A DNA stretch of 63,786 nucleotides, counting the filler, from Octopus bimaculoides (lineage: Eukaryota): the NCBI RefSeq assembly GCF_001194135.2. It is 7 parts of 5 records of this genome, joined end to end, with 100 filler letters (N's around TTAATTAATTAA, not from the genome) between each part and the next. Parts side by side here need not be neighbours in the genome. Positions count along the whole stretch, not along the records: positions 40,774 to 58,063 come from NC_068996.1; positions 58,164 to 63,786 come from NC_068987.1; 5 more parts are not named here. The stretch is one strand, 5' to 3'. The notes beneath the pieces are model-generated. The model ran no database searches, was not told the DNA's origin, and was given only the letters and a program-made list of their open reading frames with translations. The translations under genes were made by a program, and so were the position numbers. Shown here piece by piece: positions 52,119 through 63,786 of the stretch (positions within the stretch are counted from its first letter, which is position 1; every line of letters begins with the position of its first letter).

Positions 52119-53631
52119 TCTTCTTCTTCTTCTTCTTCTTCTTCTTCTTCTTCTTCTTCTTCTTCTTCTTCTTTCAATTCTTTTTCTTCTTCTTCTTCTT
52201 CTTCTTCTTCTTCTTCTTCTTCTTCTTCTTCTTCTTTCAATTCTTCTTCTTCTTCTTCTTCTTCTTCTTCTTCTTCTTCTTCTTTCAATTCTTCTTCTTC
52301 TTCTTCTTCTTNNNNNNNNNNNNNNNNNNNNNNNNNNNNNNNNNNNNNNNNNNNNNNNNNNNNNNNNNNNNNNNNNNNNNNNNNNNNNNNNNNNNNNNNN
52401 NNNNNNNNNNNNNNNNNNNNNNNNNNNNNNNNNNNNNNNNNNNNNNNNNNNNNNNNNNNNNNNNNNNNNNNNNNNNNNNNNNNNNNNNNNNNNNNNNNNN
52501 NNNNNNNNNNNNNNNNNNNNNNNNNNNNNNNNNNNNNNNNNNNNNNNNNNNNNNNNNNNNNNNNNNNNNNNNNNNNNNNNNNNNNNNNNNNNNNNNNNNN
52601 NNNNNNNNNNNNNNNNNNNNNNNNNNNNNNNNNNNNNNNNNNNNNNNNNNNNNNNNNNNNNNNNNNNNNNNNNNNNNNNNNNNNNNNNNNNNNNNNNNNN
52701 NNNNNNNNNNNNNNNNNNNNNNNNNNNNNNNNNNNNNNNNNNNNNNNNNNNNNNNNNNNNNNNNNNNNNNNNNNNNNNNNNNNNNNNNTCTTCTTCTTCC
52801 TCTTCTTTTTCTTCTTCTTCTTCTTCTTCTTTTTCTTCTTCTTCCTCTTCTTTTTCTTCTTCTTCTTTCAATTCTTCTTCTTCTTCTTCTTTCAATTCTT
52901 CTTCTTTCAATTCTTCTTCTTCTTCTTCTTCTTTCAATTCTTCTTCTTTCAATTCTTCTTCTTCTTCTTCTTCTTTTCCTTCTTCTTCTTTTTCTTCTTC
53001 TTCTTTTTCTTCTTCTTCTTTTTTCTTTCCCTTCTTCTTCTTCTTTTTTTCTTCTTCTTCTTCTTCTTCTTCTTCTTTTTCTTCTTCTTTTTTCTTTCCC
53101 TTCTTCTTCTTCTTCTTTTTCTTCTTCTTCTTCTTCTTCCTGTTCTTCTTCTTCTTCTTCTTCTTCTTNNNNNNNNNNTTCTTCTTCTTCTTCTTTTCCT
53201 TCTTCTTCTTCTTTTCCTTCTTCTTCTTTTCCTTCTTCTTTTTCTTTTCCTTCTTCTTCTTCTTCTTCTTCTTTTTCTTCTTCTTCTTTTACTTCTTCTT
53301 CTTCTTCTTCTTCTTCTCTTTCTTCTTCTTTCAATTCTTCTTCTTCTTCTTCTTCTTCTTCTTCCTTTTCTTCTTCTTCTTATTCTTCTTCTTTCAATTC
53401 TTCTTCTTCTTCTTTTTCTTCTTCTTCTTCTTCTTCTTCTTCTTCTTCTTCTTCCTTTTCTTCTTCTTCTTCCTTTTCTTCTTCTTCTTCTTCTTCTTCT
53501 TTCAATTCTTCTTCTTCTTTTTCTTCTTCTTCTTCTTCTTCTTCTTCTTCTTCTTCTTCTTCTTCCTTTTCTTCTTCTTCTTCTTCTTCTTCTTCTTCTT
53601 CTTCTTCTTCTTCTTCTTCTTCTTCTTCTTC
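52119..53631. repeat. ~1.5-kb (TTC)n/(GAA)n array with recurring TTTCAATTC and TTTT/CCTT interruptions (part is gap)
   Basis: Directly visible. Gaps at 52312-52787 and 53169-53178. Confidence 0.95.
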
Positions 53632-53639
53632 CCCTTCTC

Positions 53640-55920
53640 TGTTCTTCCACCTTCCTTTCTAGGTAAGTATAATGCTGCTACCCCAGCCTTTTGTTGGAGT
53701 CCTCCAGTCATATTGAATTCCTTCCTAGTTCTTCTGTCTAGCTTTGCTAATTCAGTTTTAGTCCAATCTACAAAAGCTGCTGAGTATCTAAGTAATGACA
53801 CCGCCCAAGTATTTACAACCTTCACTTGATTCGGATCATTTAGCTTTGACTTCATTAGCTTCCTCACCTTTCTGATGTACTCTTTCACAATTTTCATTTC
53901 TGTAGTTAGTACTGTGTCAGATTCTAATACTCCTAGATATTTATAACCCTCTCCTCCTTTCAGTGATTTTAATGTCTAAACATCTGGTAATTGGATGCCT
54001 TCGCTGTTGACTACCTGTCCCCTTCACATGACTAATATTGCACACTTATCTCTTCCAAATTCTATGCCTATATCTTTGCTGAAGAGTCTTACAGACTGTA
54101 TTAAAGAATCTATCCCTTTTCCACTCTTACCAAAAAACTTCAGATCATCGATGTAGAGAAAATGGTTAATTTTTTTCCATTACTATTTCTGAATTTGATA
54201 CCCTTCCCTTGTCTTCCTTAATACTAAACTGAAGAGGATCAAACATAAGACAAATATTAAAGGGGACAACGAGTCCCCTTGGAAAATTCTTCTTTTGATA
54301 TTTACTTTCCCTAAGANNNNNNNNNNGGGGACAACGAGTCCCCTTGGAAAATTCTTCTTTTGATATTTACTTTCCCTAAGAGTATGTCACCTGAGTAAAG
54401 ATCTACTTTCCATTTCTTCATGCTAAAGCTAATCAATTCTCTTATGGTGTCTGCTATACTGAATATACTCAGACATTCACTTATCCATGAGTATGGGATC
54501 ATCTCCTAGGCTTTCCTATAATCTATCCATGCTATTGTTAGATTTTTCTTTCTAGCTTTTACTTCATTTAGAACCACTTTGTCTATATATAATCGATCAT
54601 GCATTCCTGTAGCCTTCTTCCTGCAACCTTTCTGCTCTTCTAGTAGTAAATTCTAGTTATCAAGGTGCTCATAAACGCATTATGAAAGCATTCATGTTAA
54701 CAGCTTACTGATGATAAAACTAATGATAAGCAAGTGATTGGTCTATAATTGCTGACTGTATTACCCTTCCTCTTATCCTTCATAATGAGTATTGTCCTCC
54801 TTCTAGTCATCCAATCTGGTATTATTTCTCCATTAAGGTAATCCTGAAGTTGTCCCTGAGTCTCCCGTGTACTGAACTAAATCTACTTCCCATGTAAACT
54901 ACCCTTGAACTAAAACTGGTCTTGAACCCGTCAAATTCGCATCTTTTTCCTAGCACTTTACTCATTAACGCACTAGTTAATTTTAAATCTGTCTGCTTCA
55001 CAATTACTATTTCTTCCTTCACTTTCTTTAGCCATACTACATCTCTGTTATGATTACTGACTTTTTCCAAAACTTTCTAGCTTCCTGGAGGTCTCTCATC
55101 TTCAGTACTTCGTTCTCCACTATTTATTTGGTTATAAAATCTCCTCTGGTCTGTCTCAAATCATCTATTCTGATGATACTGTTCTACTCTTTTCTGATAT
55201 CTGAAGAGCTTACTTGCTACTGCAATGATACGTTGTTTCAACTCTTCTATTACTACCCCAAACCCTTTCTGTTTGACTAAGTATATTATTTTTTTTTCTC
55301 TTCTTTNNNNNNNNNNNNNNNNNNNNNNNNNNNNNNNNNNNNNNNNNNNNNNNNNNNNNNNNNNNNNNNNNNNNNNNNNNNNNNNNNNNNNNNNNNNNNN
55401 NNNNNNTGTTTCATTCGCTGACATTAGTTCTTCTCTTTGTTGAAAGTCCATATTTTTTCATGATCTTCCCGCCTTTTCTTGATCTTATATCATTTCCAGA
55501 GATTAGCTCAGTTAATATCGATATCTCCCTTCGCAATGATTCAATACCAGTTTCAATTCTACTCCTCCAGTTTGATTTTCTTTTCGAATTTGGTATTGTT
55601 GGCTTTTTGGGTGTTAAACAGCATCTTTTGATTACCTTAGCAACAGAGTAAATGATTTCATTTAACTTATTAAGATTGGGTTTTAGTTGTTGTATGATCT
55701 CTTGTGTAACACAGTTGCCAATTTTTATTTGGGTTTTATGTTGGTGTGCATTTGAGAGTTTATGGAGTGGTTTCCTATCATTAATATTTGTATGCCCTAC
55801 AACTTCAAGTTCATTCAGAACTTCCCGCTTCATTTCAATGATAGATTTTCTGTGTTGTTCAGCAAATATGTGGTCTCCAAATTCAGTTTTTACATCATTT
55901 TCCTGGCTGTTTTTCCTAGG
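53640..55920 (-). mobile_element. R4/Dong-clade non-LTR retrotransposon, 5'- and 3'-truncated, decayed
   Basis: ELKQRIIAVASKLFRYQKRVEQYHQNR, AWIDYRKA.EMIPYSWI, IFQGDSLSP, INHFLYIDDLKFFG, YKYLGVLE, NTWAVSLLRYS, and LYLPRKEGGR. Confidence 0.88.
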
Positions 55921-56492
55921 GTCATTATATTATTATTATTACTTCTACCACAATTACTACTAGTACTATTACTACTATTATTTTTATTATCATTATCATT
56001 TTATCATCGTTTCCTCCTGCGACTTTTCATTTTATTTCATCGTTTCTCATGGAGTCTTGCATACCGTACACGTTTTATTCCTGGTTCTTTACTTGTCATG
56101 GTTCAAATCGACTTTATGGCTGTTACATACTTATGAGGACCCAAAACCACACACACTCACACACATAAAAACAAACAAGCATACAAACATACATGCATAC
56201 ACGTATGCTTGCATGCGTGTATGCATCCATATCTGCAGATGCCATGTATGTTTCATCTATGACTGGAACCCATGACAGATTCTACCACACAGGGGCAGAG
56301 CGGACATGTGTGTATGTAATAACTAAACTTAACCACTTTCTAAATACTCGAGACTTTCGAGGTGGAGTCTCACTCCTGAATACAGATCAATGACTTTCAT
56401 AGGACAATATACATTCATACACACAATACAACTCAGGCACCTACGCATACATACATGTTCGCAAATAATATTTATGAGGCGGGGGACGTCTT

Positions 56493-56536
<44 letters not shown>

Positions 56537-56538
<2 letters not shown>

Positions 56539-56733
56539 AAGAGCATAGCCTCGAAACGTCAAAGGATTTTGCATTCACAACGAGCGTTAAACTAATGCAT
56601 CTGTCTGTTGTACCCCACTTGTCTGTTGTTTTCTGTAAATTTGAATTATATCACTGAAATTTTTTCAAAGATTCTTTCATTGACTCTCTGTTTTTTTTTC
56701 TCTCATTCATTTTTGCTGAAGAGCATAGGCTAG
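56537..56733 (+). mobile_element. Penelope-like terminal repeat, ~180-bp period, each unit starting with a hammerhead-like motif
   Basis: TGAAGAGCATAGCCTCGAAACGTC at 56537 and TTGCTGAAGAGCATAGGCT at 56713, running into a gap. Body homologous to 5478-5590. Confidence 0.55.
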
Positions 56734-57206
56734 NNNNNNNNNNNNNNNNNNNNNNNNNNNNNNNNNNNNNNNNNNNNNNNNNNNNNNNNNNNNNNNNNNN
56801 NNNNNNNNNNNNNNNNNNNNNNNNNNNNNNNNNNNNNNNNNNNNNNNNNNNNNNNNNNNNNNNNNNNNNNNNNNNNNNNNNNNNNNNNNNNNNNNNNNNN
56901 NNNNNNNNNNNNNNNNNNNNNNNNNNNNNNNNNNNNNNNNNNNNNNNNNNNNNNNNNNNNNNNNNNNNNNNNNNNNNNNNNNNNNNNNNNNNNNNNNNNN
57001 AAGGTTAAGAAGGGTATTGGATTTAACCAAACCCAAATATACAGGTAATACCGAGTAAGTTCTGTATACCGGCTAGTTTTGCCCCATTCGTTGTATAAAC
57101 ATGAGTGGGGATTATAACATAGGTCGTGTATTAGCTTTTGTATGTATAAAGAGAGAAAAGGATAAAGAGAACAATGGAAAAGTTAGCAGTATATTTTATG
57201 GATAAA

Positions 57207-57255
57207 GTCTTACAGCTGTTTCAAGGAAAATCCAATGTATCCCTTCATCGAAGAC
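57207..57255 (-). ncRNA. Type I minimal hammerhead motif with variant core UCGAUGA and palindromic stem III
   Basis: Minus strand: GTCT-TCGATGA-AGGGA-12 nt-TCCTT-GAAAC-AGCT-GTA-AGAC. All three stems pair. Confidence 0.7.
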
Positions 57256-57570
57256 AGAAATAGTAGAGGAATGGATTATTGCATCTATAAGAGGAGAGTT
57301 GTAGTAGGAAGTGAGAGTGATGCGCTGAAAAAAAAAAGAAGAAACAGTACTTGTAGTGTAGCTTCATTCCAGTAGTAAACATCCATGTAAAAATTATCTC
57401 CGGAAAATACCCACAAGGATTTTTTATATAAGCTAGAGAGAAAAAAAATACTTGAATTTATCCATGAAAATTCACAATCATATATAGAAAAATTTAATAA
57501 GTAAATACACTAAGAAGACCTATAATAAAAGTCATAAAAGTACAAAGTAATAAATATTAAATAGTAAAAC

Positions 57571-57688
57571 TGACTACACGTGTTTCATAGCTATATTTTC
57601 AAATAGAAAATAAAATAAAAACAAAATCGATTCAAAATAAATCGATCAAAATCAATTCTATTCAAAAATATAGCTAATCTTCAGGTCA
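57571..57688 (-). ncRNA. Type I hammerhead motif with intact core and 21-bp stem II
   Basis: Minus strand: TGAC-CTGAAGA-T-[TAGCTATATTTTTGAATAGAA / 47-nt loop / TTCTATTTGAAAATATAGCTA]-T-GAAAC-ACGT-GTA-GTCA. Confidence 0.75.
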
Positions 57689-57829
57689 AAATACAATAAT
57701 AATAATAAAATAAATGTATATATTTCGACTAAGAATAAATATTAAATGAATTTATATAATTATATAATTTTCCCTGTAAATTTGGAATTTTTTCCCGAAT
57801 ATTATTATCATAATTATATATATATAAGA

Positions 57830-58010
57830 ATACAAAAAATGGGACAAGAACACAAAATACCCAGACAGATGATACAAAACGGAAAAAAACAAGGATGGGT
57901 CATTCGAAATTTTCTTTTGTCAGTCGAGTTCCAACACTTTGGATGTTTTGTTGTCCCTTTTTTGTATCATCTGTCTCGATGTTTCGCGTTCTTGTCACAT
58001 TATTTGTATT
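57830..58010. repeat. Imperfect inverted repeat (diverged foldback element)
   Basis: ATACAAAAAATGGGACAAGAAC...GACAGATGATACAAAA versus TTTTGTATCATCTGTC...GTTCTTGTCACATTATTTGTAT. Confidence 0.7.
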
Positions 58011-58142
58011 CTTTTTTTTATTTGGATGTAGCGGCGTACGTACACTTTGGACTCTTTATATATNNNNNNNNNNNNNNNNNNNNNNNNNNNNNNNNNNNNN
58101 NNNNNNNTTAATTAATTAANNNNNNNNNNNNNNNNNNNNNNN

Positions 58143-58473
58143 NNNNNNNNNNNNNNNNNNNNNAAATACTGAAAACAGTTTTTTGTTTTGCTCGTGTTTT
58201 GTGGCTATTTGTATTAGTTTCCCTTGTTTCTGGAGTAGGTATTTTTGCAGTCCTATGGTGGTTATTTTATAATAGTTTTCTAGCTGTATAAGACCCCTGC
58301 CACCTTCTGTGCGTTGTATATATAGCCTTTCTATGTCAGATTTTGGGTGGTGCATCCTATATCCTGTCATTATTTTTCTTGTTTTCCTGTCTATTTTACA
58401 TAGTTCATTTAGTGTCCAGTTAAGGATGTTGTAGCTGTAGCTTATAACTGGGACAGCTAAAGTGTTGATACCC

Positions 58474-58474
<1 letters not shown>
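58143..58474 (-). mobile_element. R4/Dong-clade fragment, 5'-truncated at (TAA)n
   Basis: INTLAVPVISYSYNILNWT...MTGYRMHHPKSDIERLYIQRTEGGRGLIQLE. Confidence 0.85.
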
Positions 58475-58551
<77 letters not shown>

Positions 58552-59080
58552 ATGAGTGAGTGAGCGACAACTGCATGCCATCAAGGGACGCCCTCTATAC
58601 TATCATGACTACTCGTCTGATAAGAGTACACCAGGCACATGCATCACAACCATAAGTGCGCGGCATGGTGATCTCATTTCAAGAAAAACAGCGCTTGACT
58701 TTGCAGATGGAACCCAGTTAGAATTTGTCTTCAGGTTGAGTAGCCCATCCCACTCAAAAGGTCCCTGAATAAGGATTGTTTAAAGATGATGAACGAATCA
58801 CCCATGCTTCCAGGGATGAATTATTCAAACCCCATAGAATTCCTCTCAACACATGGCTTTGATGCTCCCCCACTACTCCTGCTCGTGATCACAGAAGCAC
58901 ATGTCAGCCACTAAGGGACATGTTCAAGTGGTTAAGGCCGAGCAACTGACAAACAAATATATGCTACTGAGTAGAATATTTGCAGTAGCCCATCTGTTAC
59001 ACCAAGACAAAACATGTACATGAAAGCACTTCCAATCAGTTAAGATCAGCAGCCATGAGAGCCACTGTCTGGTATAGCAT
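58552..59080 (-). mobile_element. Family D retroposon
   Basis: Colinear with 40822-41339. (TTA)n tail at 58474-58550. Confidence 0.8.
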
Positions 59081-59082
59081 CA

Positions 59083-59290
59083 GGCCGATAGCAGAATCGT
59101 TAGCACGCTAGGCAAAATACTTAGCGGCATTCCGTCCATCTTTACGTTCTGAGTTCAAATTCCGCGATGTCGGCTTTGCCTTTCATTCCTTTTTGGGTTG
59201 ATAAAATAAACACCAGTTGAGCATTAGGGTCGATATAATCGACTTACCTCCTGACCCCGAAATTATCGGCCTTGTGCCAAAATTTGAAGC
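59083..59290 (+). mobile_element. SINE family C
   Basis: GCAGAATCGTTAGCACG...TTTACGTTCTGAGTTCAAATTCC...GGCCTTGTGCCAAAATTTGAA. Confidence 0.85.
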
Positions 59291-59589
59291 CAATATTTTT
59301 GAAATAACAGCGGAAAGGTAAGCCTTCAGAGATATCAAAGGCCCAGTGAAAACAGAAGGCAAAACAGACTTTTTGTCATTCTCAGCGGATACGTTGGAGT
59401 GTGTAGAGAATTGCACTTTTACATACACATGCATAGAAAATGGTGTGTTGAAAGACACTAACACAAGAGAGGTGTTGAGGGAAACGGAAAAATTCGCCTC
59501 TCATGGTGGGCATTTCAGTATGATAAATGTAAGATTGGAGAATGAAAATGAGGTGGATAATTACAGTATTGTCCATTTGAAAACGGATG

Positions 59590-62110
59590 AGTTTCTACTC
59601 ATATTTTTTCTTACATATGAAAAAGGACTGGAAGAGATAAGAATGAACCTGATCGATAAAATTCTCGAAAGGAAATGTTATTTGGTAATGCAAACAGTGG
59701 GGAAGCACGATAGTCATTCATGCGTTGAGAGGAATTCAGTACTTGTCAGGAAAAGAAATGGAGAACTTAAGAATGAATGGAAATTCGAAAAAGTTTGGAA
59801 GAAGTATGATGCAGGATACAAAAGCCTGAATGTTATAACTGAAGAATTGAAGGGGTGCATGCACGCAAAAATAGCAAAGCTAAATAGGTTTGAACAACGG
59901 ATTAAGCAATACCAGCAAAACAAATTGTTTAGAACCGACAAAAAAAATTTCACCAACAGATCAATGATGATGAAAAACGTGAAAGATTAGTCTAGTCCTT
60001 GATGCTGATAAAACTCGACTTTCGTGGGGTAAGATATGGAATAAGCAAGAACAACATAATACTACAACTGAATGGCTCCTGCCTCCCATTAATGTGGAAG
60101 TTACTGTCTGGAGGAATTGCTGAATAACTGTATAAATTCCTGGATGAGAACGATATATTACCGCTCGAACAAAAAGGCTGAAGAAGGAGATGCAGAGGTA
60201 CCAAAGATCAGCTATTGATAGACAGAATGTTAATGCAAGATTGTAAACGAAGGAGAACAAATCTGGGAATGGCATGGATTGACTATTGCAAAGCTTATGA
60301 TATGATCATCAAGCGCTTAGATCTGTTTGGAACTACATGGAACGTAACGTGTTTCCCGAAAGGTGGGATGGAAAACTGAATTGACATTTTACGGAAAAGG
60401 CTTGGACACCCTGGGTATCAGAAGAGGGATTTTCCAGGGTGAAAGCCTATCTCCTTTGCTTTTTGTTCTCTACATGATACCCCTAAGCTTGATACTTGGG
60501 AAAATGAACCTGGGGTACCAACTAAAGAAAAAATCCCAAACAATCAACCATCTCTTCTTCATGGATGGTTTGAAACTATATGGTAAAGATGAGACTCAAG
60601 TGAGTTTCTTGGTGAACACAGTCCACTGTTTTAGTACTGATATTAGAATGGAATTTGGATTTAAGGAGTGTAGAATAATCTACCTAAAAATAGGCAAAGT
60701 ACAGTCCCTAACAGGAATAGAATTATCGAACAGATACCTGATTAAACAAATTGAAACAGAAGGATACAAATACCTTGGTGTACAAGAGTTCAACGAGATA
60801 ATGGAAAAGAAAATGAATAGCAAATGAGGATGGAGTATTTCCGAAAACTGAGGTTGGTGCTGCGCTCAAAATTGACTGAGTGGAATAAAATCCAAGCAGT
60901 TGATATGTGGGCGATAGCATCACTTCGGTATGGAACGGGAATTATAAAATGGCAAAAGAGAGAAGTGAAGAAAATGGATACCAAGACCAGAAAAATGTTG
61001 ACAGTACACGGAGCCTTCCACTACAAGAGTGACATCAATAGACTGTACTTGCCCAGAAGAAAGAGTGGGAGAGGTTTAATCAGTTGCCAGGACTATATCG
61101 AAGGAGAGGAAAATAGCCTAGGGTGGTATATAAGAAATGCCGTGGAATCACTGTTGAAACATATAAAGAAGGCCGGCGTCATCAACAGTGAAAATTATGT
61201 AACTAAAGAAAAATTTAAACAGGAAATGAACAAAAAAAGACAGAAAAACATGGAAGGAAAAGAAAATGTACGGATAGTTTGCAAGAGATGTGAACGTCAA
61301 GTCAGATACAGAGGACTGATGGTTATGGATGAGGAGGAATGACCTGAAGATAGAGACAGAAGCACTCATATACGCAGCTCAAGAACAAGCGTTAAGGACC
61401 AACTATATGAAATCCAGAATAGACAACATTACCAATAGCGACAAATGCAGAATGTGTAGTGAGAGGAGTGAAACGGTATGGCACATCGTTAGCGAATGCC
61501 CGAAATTGGCACAACGCGAATACAGAAGACGCCATGACAATGTGGAAAGAATGATCCATAGGGAGCTCTGTGGAAAACACGGCCTACAAAGAGCAAAGAT
61601 GCGGTATGAGAAAACTCCAGAAGTCACCAAAAATGAGAATTACAAAATCCTGTGGGATGCAATGATCCAGCGCGATCACCAGACCAGACATCGGAAACCA
61701 GACATTGTTGTGGTGAATAAAAAAAAAAAAGAACATGTACGATAATCGACATAGCATGCCCCGGTGACAACAGGATCAATGTGAAAGACGAAAAAATAAA
61801 CTATGACGATTTAAAGTGGGAAATACGAAGGTTGTGGTCAATGAGGAGAGTAGACGTGGTACCAATAGTAATTGGTGCACTTGTATCAGCACTCAACTTC
61901 CAACATGGCTGAAAAAGATTGGTGCAAGTGTGAAGTTAGAACACCTACAAAAATCAACAATGCTCGGAACTGCAAGAATTCTTCGCAGGGTTCCTGAAGC
62001 ATGACCAGTAAACAAGTGTCACCTTAGTCTGTTGGCTGTGGACAGCTAACGCTTTCCATGGTACCCAGCAAAATAAGCTGTGAGGTTACATATAATAATA
62101 ATAATAATAA
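59590..62110 (+). mobile_element. R4/Dong-clade non-LTR retrotransposon, longest copy (RT, CCHC, RLE, 3' UTR, (TAA)n tail), inactivated
   Basis: [50 protein letters not shown] (catalytic YxDD degenerate), YKYLGV, CRMCSERSETVWHIVSEC, RKPDIVVV..IIDIACP..., and LQKSTMLGTARILRRV-stop. Several frameshifts and stops. Confidence 0.92.
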
Positions 62111-62391
62111 ATGGGTCAACCACAAATTTTCACACGTATATNNNNNNNNNNNNNNNNNNNNNNNNNNNNNNNNNNNNNNNNNNNNNNNNNNNNNNNNNNN
62201 NNNNNNNNNNNNNNNNNNNNNNNNNNNNNNNNNNNNNNNNNNNNNNNNNNNNNNNNNNNNNNNNNNNNNNNNNNNNNNATATATATATATATATATATAT
62301 ACGTGTGTATGTATATATGATTGTATGTATGCATGTATGTACGTATGTATATATGTATCTATGTATGCATGTATGAATGTATATGTGTATG

Positions 62392-62422
<31 letters not shown>

Positions 62423-62506
62423 GTATGTATATGTATGTATATATACCAACACATAAATATATACATAGATATACATAAATATACACATGCATATACGTGT
62501 ATGTGA

Positions 62507-62561
<55 letters not shown>

Positions 62562-63434
62562 ACATATACATTTATATATGTATGCCTGCACGCGTGTATG
62601 CATATGAGTATGTATAACGTACGTATCTATGTGTGTATGCATGTGTATATGTTGCTTTGAGCAAGAAGAGTAAAAGAAATATTTTATAGGAAACTGTTAT
62701 TCAATGTATAAAGCTTCTTTACTCTGCCACCGATACTCTTTCATGTATTTCTTTTCTGTTTTCTTATCTGTTCTAAATGTTTGCACATTTCTTATCATGA
62801 ATATTTAGGACTTGTATGTACTTGTATGTGTGTCTCTAACCCCATGTACTTTTACGTACCCTAAAGTAGCTCTACCCAACTACATATTTTTTTTTTTTTT
62901 AAATAAGGTCGTTTCGGTTTTATCCAAAATAATTTTTTGTACAGGCTCGGGTATTCCACACATAACGAAATACAATAAACTTGATTGTATATTATTCAAC
63001 TATTACTTACATAATATATATATATAATACATATATAACGCAAAAATGCCCTGCAGACTGCGATAGTTAATAAAAAAGAAGTAATTTTTTTCATTTTATT
63101 CTTTTTATGTGGCCCGGTACAGATCTGCGCCCTGGAATATTTGTTCTGTCGTTGGTATATTATCATACCTGTTACTTAGAGAATCATTGATAAAAGTCCT
63201 TTCTAGCGCTGTCCACATCGTCCTTTTTTGTTGCTTCCAGTTTCAAACGGTATAGTAGGAATATGTCTCCTTGTCCTGGAATAATTCCAATGAGGGATTA
63301 CAGTGAAGGTTTCTAGTTGATTCGTACTGTCAGTATGTAATAAAATAATAGAATCCATGGAAAACATTTTGTCCGGCTTACTAACGATTCTGCAAGCTCA
63401 ACCCAGTAATAATAATAATAATCCTTTCTACAAT

Positions 63435-63786
63435 AGGCGTAGGAGTGGCTGTGTGGTAAGTAACTTGTTTACCAGCCACATGGTTCAGGGTTCAGTCCCA
63501 CTGCGTGGCATCTTGGGCAAGTGTCTTCTTCTATAGCCTCAGGCCAACCAAAGCCTTGTGAGTGGATTTGGTAGACGGAAACTGAAAGAGGCCTGTCGTA
63601 TATATGTATATGTATATATATGTCTCTGTGTGTGTTTGTGTGTTTGTGTTTGTCCCCACAACATCGCTTGACAACCGATGCTGGTGTGTTTACGTCCCCG
63701 TAACTTAGCGGTTCGGCAAAAGAGACCGATAAAATAAGTACTAGGCTTACAAACAATAAGTCCTGTGGTCGATTTGCTCGACTAAA
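63435..63786 (+). mobile_element. SINE family A (runs off the window end)
   Basis: Head AGGCGTAGGAGTGGCTGTGTGGTAAG, internal TA/TG tract, and family A 3' body. Confidence 0.92.

Noticed and set aside
51910-53897. Long ORFs (up to 639 aa) of poly-L/S/F/E/R/K
   Set aside because: They are translations of the (TTC)n array and N-gaps.
54262-54381. 55-bp direct repeat inside the R4 RT
   Set aside because: The copies are exact and separated by a 10-N gap, which indicates an assembly overlap.
57207-57688. Intramolecular double hammerhead formed by the two adjacent motifs
   Set aside because: The stem III palindromes could pair at 6 of 8 positions, but the swapped stem I strands (UGAC with AGAC; GUCU with GUCA) are not complementary.
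59346-62004. Active or domesticated reverse transcriptase gene
   Set aside because: The sequence has multiple frameshifts and stops, and the catalytic motif reads FMDG instead of YxDD.

Overview
This is AT-rich, gap-riddled animal genomic DNA that is almost entirely repetitive. The SINE families and microsatellite spectrum resemble Octopus/coleoid cephalopod (inference from recognition, no search run). No intact host protein-coding gene, rRNA, true tRNA or CRISPR array can be supported, and the long ORFs in the track are products of microsatellites or N-gaps. The window contains: (1) many tRNA-derived SINEs of several families; (2) at least seven decayed R4/Dong-clade non-LTR retrotransposon pieces (RT plus RLE endonuclease), mostly abutting microsatellites; (3) a CR1-like LINE, two L1/Tx1 3' ends, a Penelope-like element (RT with YVDD plus GIY-YIG) and a Gypsy-like gag between direct repeats; (4) mariner and maT transposase relics and several MITEs; (5) a ~520-bp (TAA)n-tailed non-coding retroposon family. 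The most interesting signal is a set of hammerhead-ribozyme motifs read by eye at 22.9, 26.8, 31.4-31.5, 35.1, 56.5-56.7, 57.2 and 57.6 kb. Several have palindromic, dimer-type stem III and non-canonical cores, and one has a 21-bp stem II. Hammerheads in Penelope-like elements are known, so any novelty lies in the variants and arrangements. The repeated 44N-TTAATTAATTAA-44N blocks and some duplications across gaps are assembly artefacts. All coordinates were counted by hand and element ends may be off by a few bases.
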